Shown here: piece after piece, positions 62,747 to 64,000 of the stretch
Layout: the number at the start of each line of letters is the position of its first letter
How positions within the stretch are numbered: position 1 is the first letter of the stretch
Source: an uncultured cyanobacterium
Lineage (GTDB): Bacteria; Cyanobacteriota; Cyanobacteriia; Pseudanabaenales; Pseudanabaenaceae
Assembly: GCA_963703315.1 (NCBI GenBank)
Contig: OY969811.1
Span: forward strand, 3,648,001-3,712,000
Reading direction: 5' to 3'
Length of the DNA stretch: 64,000 bases
Program-made: the position numbers and the translations under genes
Notes under the pieces: model-generated
Told to the model about the DNA's origin: nothing
The model's input: the letters and a program-made list of their open reading frames with translations, nothing else
The model's database searches: none

Positions 62747-63814
62747 ATGACCATTGCAATGGGCAGGTCGCAAGAAGTCGAAAGAGGATGGTTTGACATC
62801 ATCGACGACTGGCTAAAGCGCGACAGATTTGTATTTATTGGTTGGAGTGGTTTATTACTATTCCCCACCGCATTTTTATCTATTGGTGGTTGGTTTACAG
62901 GGATCACCTTCGTATCTTCTTGGTACACTCATGGTCTAGCTTCTAGCTTCCTTGAAGGATGCAATATCTTGACCGTAGCTGTATCTTCTCCCGCATTGAG
63001 CGTTGGTCACTCACTGCTTTTGCTATGGGGACCTGAAGCACAGGGCGACTTTACTCGCTGGTGTCAAATTGGTGGTTTGTGGACATTTCTTGCACTACAT
63101 GGCTCTTTTGCATTGATTGGCTTTATGCTGCGTCAATTTGAAATTGCTCGTCTAGTCGGTATCCGTCCTTATAATGCGATCGCCTTCTCTGGTCCTATCG
63201 CTGTATTTGTATCCGTATTCTTGATGTACCCCTTGGGTCAATCTGGTTGGTTCTTTGGACCTACCTTCGGTGTAGCTGGTATTTTCCGTTTCATCTTGTT
63301 CTTACAAGGTTTCCACAACTGGACTCTGAACCCATTCCACATGATGGGCGTAGCAGGCATCCTCGGTGGCGCATTGCTCTGTGCAATTCACGGTGCAACT
63401 GTTGAAAACACCTTGTTTGAAGATGGCGATGGTTCTAGCGCTAACACCTTTAAAGCTTTTAACCCTACCCAATCTGAAGAAACCTACTCCATGGTTACAG
63501 CTAACCGCTTCTGGAGCCAAATCTTCGGTATTGCTTTCTCCAACAAGCGTTGGTTACACTTCTTCATGCTATTCGTACCTGTAACTGGACTATGGTTCAG
63601 CAGCGTCGGTATCGTCGGTCTAGCATTAAACTTGCGTGCCTATGACTTCGTTTCTCAAGAAGTCCGCGCCGCAGAAGATCCTGAATTTGAAACCTTCTAC
63701 ACCAAGAACTTGCTCTTGAATGAAGGTATTCGTGCTTGGATGGCTCCTCAAGACCAACCTGCCGAAAAATTCATTTTCCCTGAAGAAGTATTGCCTCGCG
63801 GTAACGCACTATAA
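62747..63814 (+). CDS. psbD: Photosystem II D2 protein, monocistronic copy
   Basis: [39 protein letters not shown]; no overlapping psbC start. Confidence 0.98.
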   Translation: MTIAMGRSQEVERGWFDIIDDWLKRDRFVFIGWSGLLLFPTAFLSIGGWFTGITFVSSWYTHGLASSFLEGCNILTVAVSSPALSVGHSLLLLWGPEAQGDFTRWCQIGGLWTFLALHGSFALIGFMLRQFEIARLVGIRPYNAIAFSGPIAVFVSVFLMYPLGQSGWFFGPTFGVAGIFRFILFLQGFHNWTLNPFHMMGVAGILGGALLCAIHGATVENTLFEDGDGSSANTFKAFNPTQSEETYSMVTANRFWSQIFGIAFSNKRWLHFFMLFVPVTGLWFSSVGIVGLALNLRAYDFVSQEVRAAEDPEFETFYTKNLLLNEGIRAWMAPQDQPAEKFIFPEEVLPRGNAL

Positions 63815-63825
63815 AATCCTCAAAT

Positions 63826-63856
63826 ATTTTGGACGACGCGAAGCGTCGTCCAAAAT
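63826..63856 (+). terminator. Hairpin after psbD
   Basis: ATTTTGGACGACGC-GAA-GCGTCGTCCAAAAT. Confidence 0.6.
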
Positions 63857-63868
63857 GTCTTATTAATT

Positions 63869-63970
63869 TAGCTATCAGAGATCAGCGCAGTTCGACTAGT
63901 TTTTAGATTATGATGAATCTCATCAAACCTCTAGACGTTAGCAGCTACTAAAGCTGATTTCTGATAGCTA
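63869..63970. mobile_element. ~100-bp MITE-like element
   Basis: 18-bp TIR TAGCTATCAGAGATCAGC / GCTGATTTCTGATAGCTA (one mismatch). Confidence 0.6.
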
Positions 63971-64000
63971 AAAAATTATTTGCAATTTAAACCTATAAAA

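Noticed and set aside
63790..64000. psbC start overlapping psbD
   Set aside because: GTG is absent and no MVTLS-like frame follows

Overview
Chromosomal window from a cyanobacterium, probably Pseudanabaena-like (judged by eye from 16S/ITS character, psbD and very dense HIP1 octamers GCGATCGC). It holds a complete rRNA operon (16S, tRNA-Ile, tRNA-Ala, 23S, 5S), tRNA-Pro, and housekeeping genes (ppa, trpE, bioD, proS, ftsH, hisF, glk, pdxH, monocistronic psbD). It also holds a low-oxygen cluster (pflA, adhE, heme oxygenase, hemN, hemerythrin, acsF), an intact ISAs1 with a 9-bp target duplication, a STAND-NTPase/WD40 protein, a very large acidic protein with an Hsp70/actin-like domain, an MCP plus degenerate CheA, six toxin-antitoxin loci and many small palindromic mobile repeats. 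Two candidates stand out. (1) An integron-like array of toxin-antitoxin cassettes, each bounded by 26-31 bp tandem repeats anchored on HIP1 sites (22871-24718). (2) A ~480-nt structured leader (uORF, hairpins, 183-nt rod with strand-specific G-U pairs) upstream of a deoxyhypusine-synthase-like polyamine gene. All calls are from visual motif recognition; no database searches were run.
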